Shown here in pieces: positions 49,001-64,000 of a DNA stretch of 64,000 nucleotides. Under the pieces are notes generated by a model. The model was not told where the DNA came from, ran no database searches, and saw only the letters and a program-made list of their open reading frames with translations. This DNA comes from Macrostomum lignano (lineage: Eukaryota): NCBI GenBank assembly GCA_002269645.1, contig NIVC01000555.1, forward strand, positions 56,556-120,555, in the 5' to 3' direction. Position 1 is the first letter of the stretch; each line of letters begins with the position of its first letter. Both the position numbers and the translations under genes were made by a program.

Positions 49001-49070
49001 TGGAACTGAATTGTTTATTGATGACAATTAATAAACTGTTTATTAGTGGTGCTATACTGTTTATTGATAA
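43070..49070. repeat. 6-kb 21-bp minisatellite (AACTGTTTATTGATG[A/G]CGCT[A/T])n with higher-order structure
   Basis: About 285 units; a diagnostic variant block recurs at 45613, 46391, 46980, 47569 and 48620. Confidence 0.97.
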
Positions 49071-49662
49071 TTCTAAACTGTCTTGCTTAGCAGTTGTCTG
49101 CCAAAATAAACTTTGTTTTAATGCGTCTACTTGCAGTAGAATATTTCTGCTTATTTCAGTCTCATTTTATGAATCCGAACTTAAAATCCAATTTAACTTT
49201 GAATCCTGTTTCAGTTGAATAAATTCTTATTAATAATTATCAAACAGACAAGCTGTACAATTTTTATAATCTGGAGTTCATGCGACCCGTTTGTGAACCT
49301 TCGTTCAACGTTGGTGTTTTAAAGAAAGTCCAAAATGCCTTCTGATACCTGGGCTTATGATTAATAAAAAATTGGAGGGCTTTTATCAGGTGAGTGCCAG
49401 GGTAGCTACAGCTGGTGCAGAGGTCTTATCAACAGCGGGCAGCCCAGCAGGTGGTCTCATGATCGCTGCTTGCCACTTCTGTTATCTCTTAAGTGCCAGC
49501 CGAAAACTTTTACTTTTTTCTGTTTTCTGTTTCTATAAAATCATGCTTGAGGTTATTCTTCAGAGTTGTGAAAGCAAAGCGCTTTTTAAAACCCGAATTA
49601 AATTGTTTTGTTTTCAAAAATCCTTTTGGAATTTTCAAATTGCATTGAGTCAGTTTGGCGAC

Positions 49663-64000
<14,338 letters not shown>

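Noticed and set aside
43051-49218. Very long ORFs on both strands (780, 851, 473 aa etc.), including a heptad-like SVINKQF repeat
   Set aside because: They are translations of a 21-bp satellite with no unique N- or C-terminal domain; open frames on both strands are expected from a stop-free unit.

Overview
Eukaryotic (animal) genomic DNA: GT-AG introns, tRNA-derived SINEs, LTR retrotransposons and many mini/microsatellites. The style suggests a repeat-rich invertebrate such as a free-living flatworm; that is inference only. 1-26 kb is a cluster of small, mostly intronless genes interrupted by transposons: two coiled-coil paralogs (one with, one without a long Gly/Ala hydrophobic segment), four CYSTM-like Cys-tail proteins (one missed by the ORF track), an LRAT/PLAAT-like enzyme and an unknown helical protein. 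Three of these genes share an upstream motif. The interrupting elements are a decayed Ty3/gypsy element with nested insertions, MITEs, SINEs, a LINE 3' end and a tyrosine-recombinase remnant. 27.9-29.3 kb is an intronless RhoGAP gene. 31.2-39.7 kb is a young full-length Ty3/gypsy element whose env position holds a DnaJ J-domain (HPD intact) followed by a chromodomain, probably one fused protein; this is the most striking item. 40-49 kb is satellite DNA. 49.7-64 kb is the 5' part of a secreted poly-MAM-domain gene whose introns carry minisatellites. Many frameshifts are single-base deletions, several in short homopolymers, and may be assembly consensus errors.
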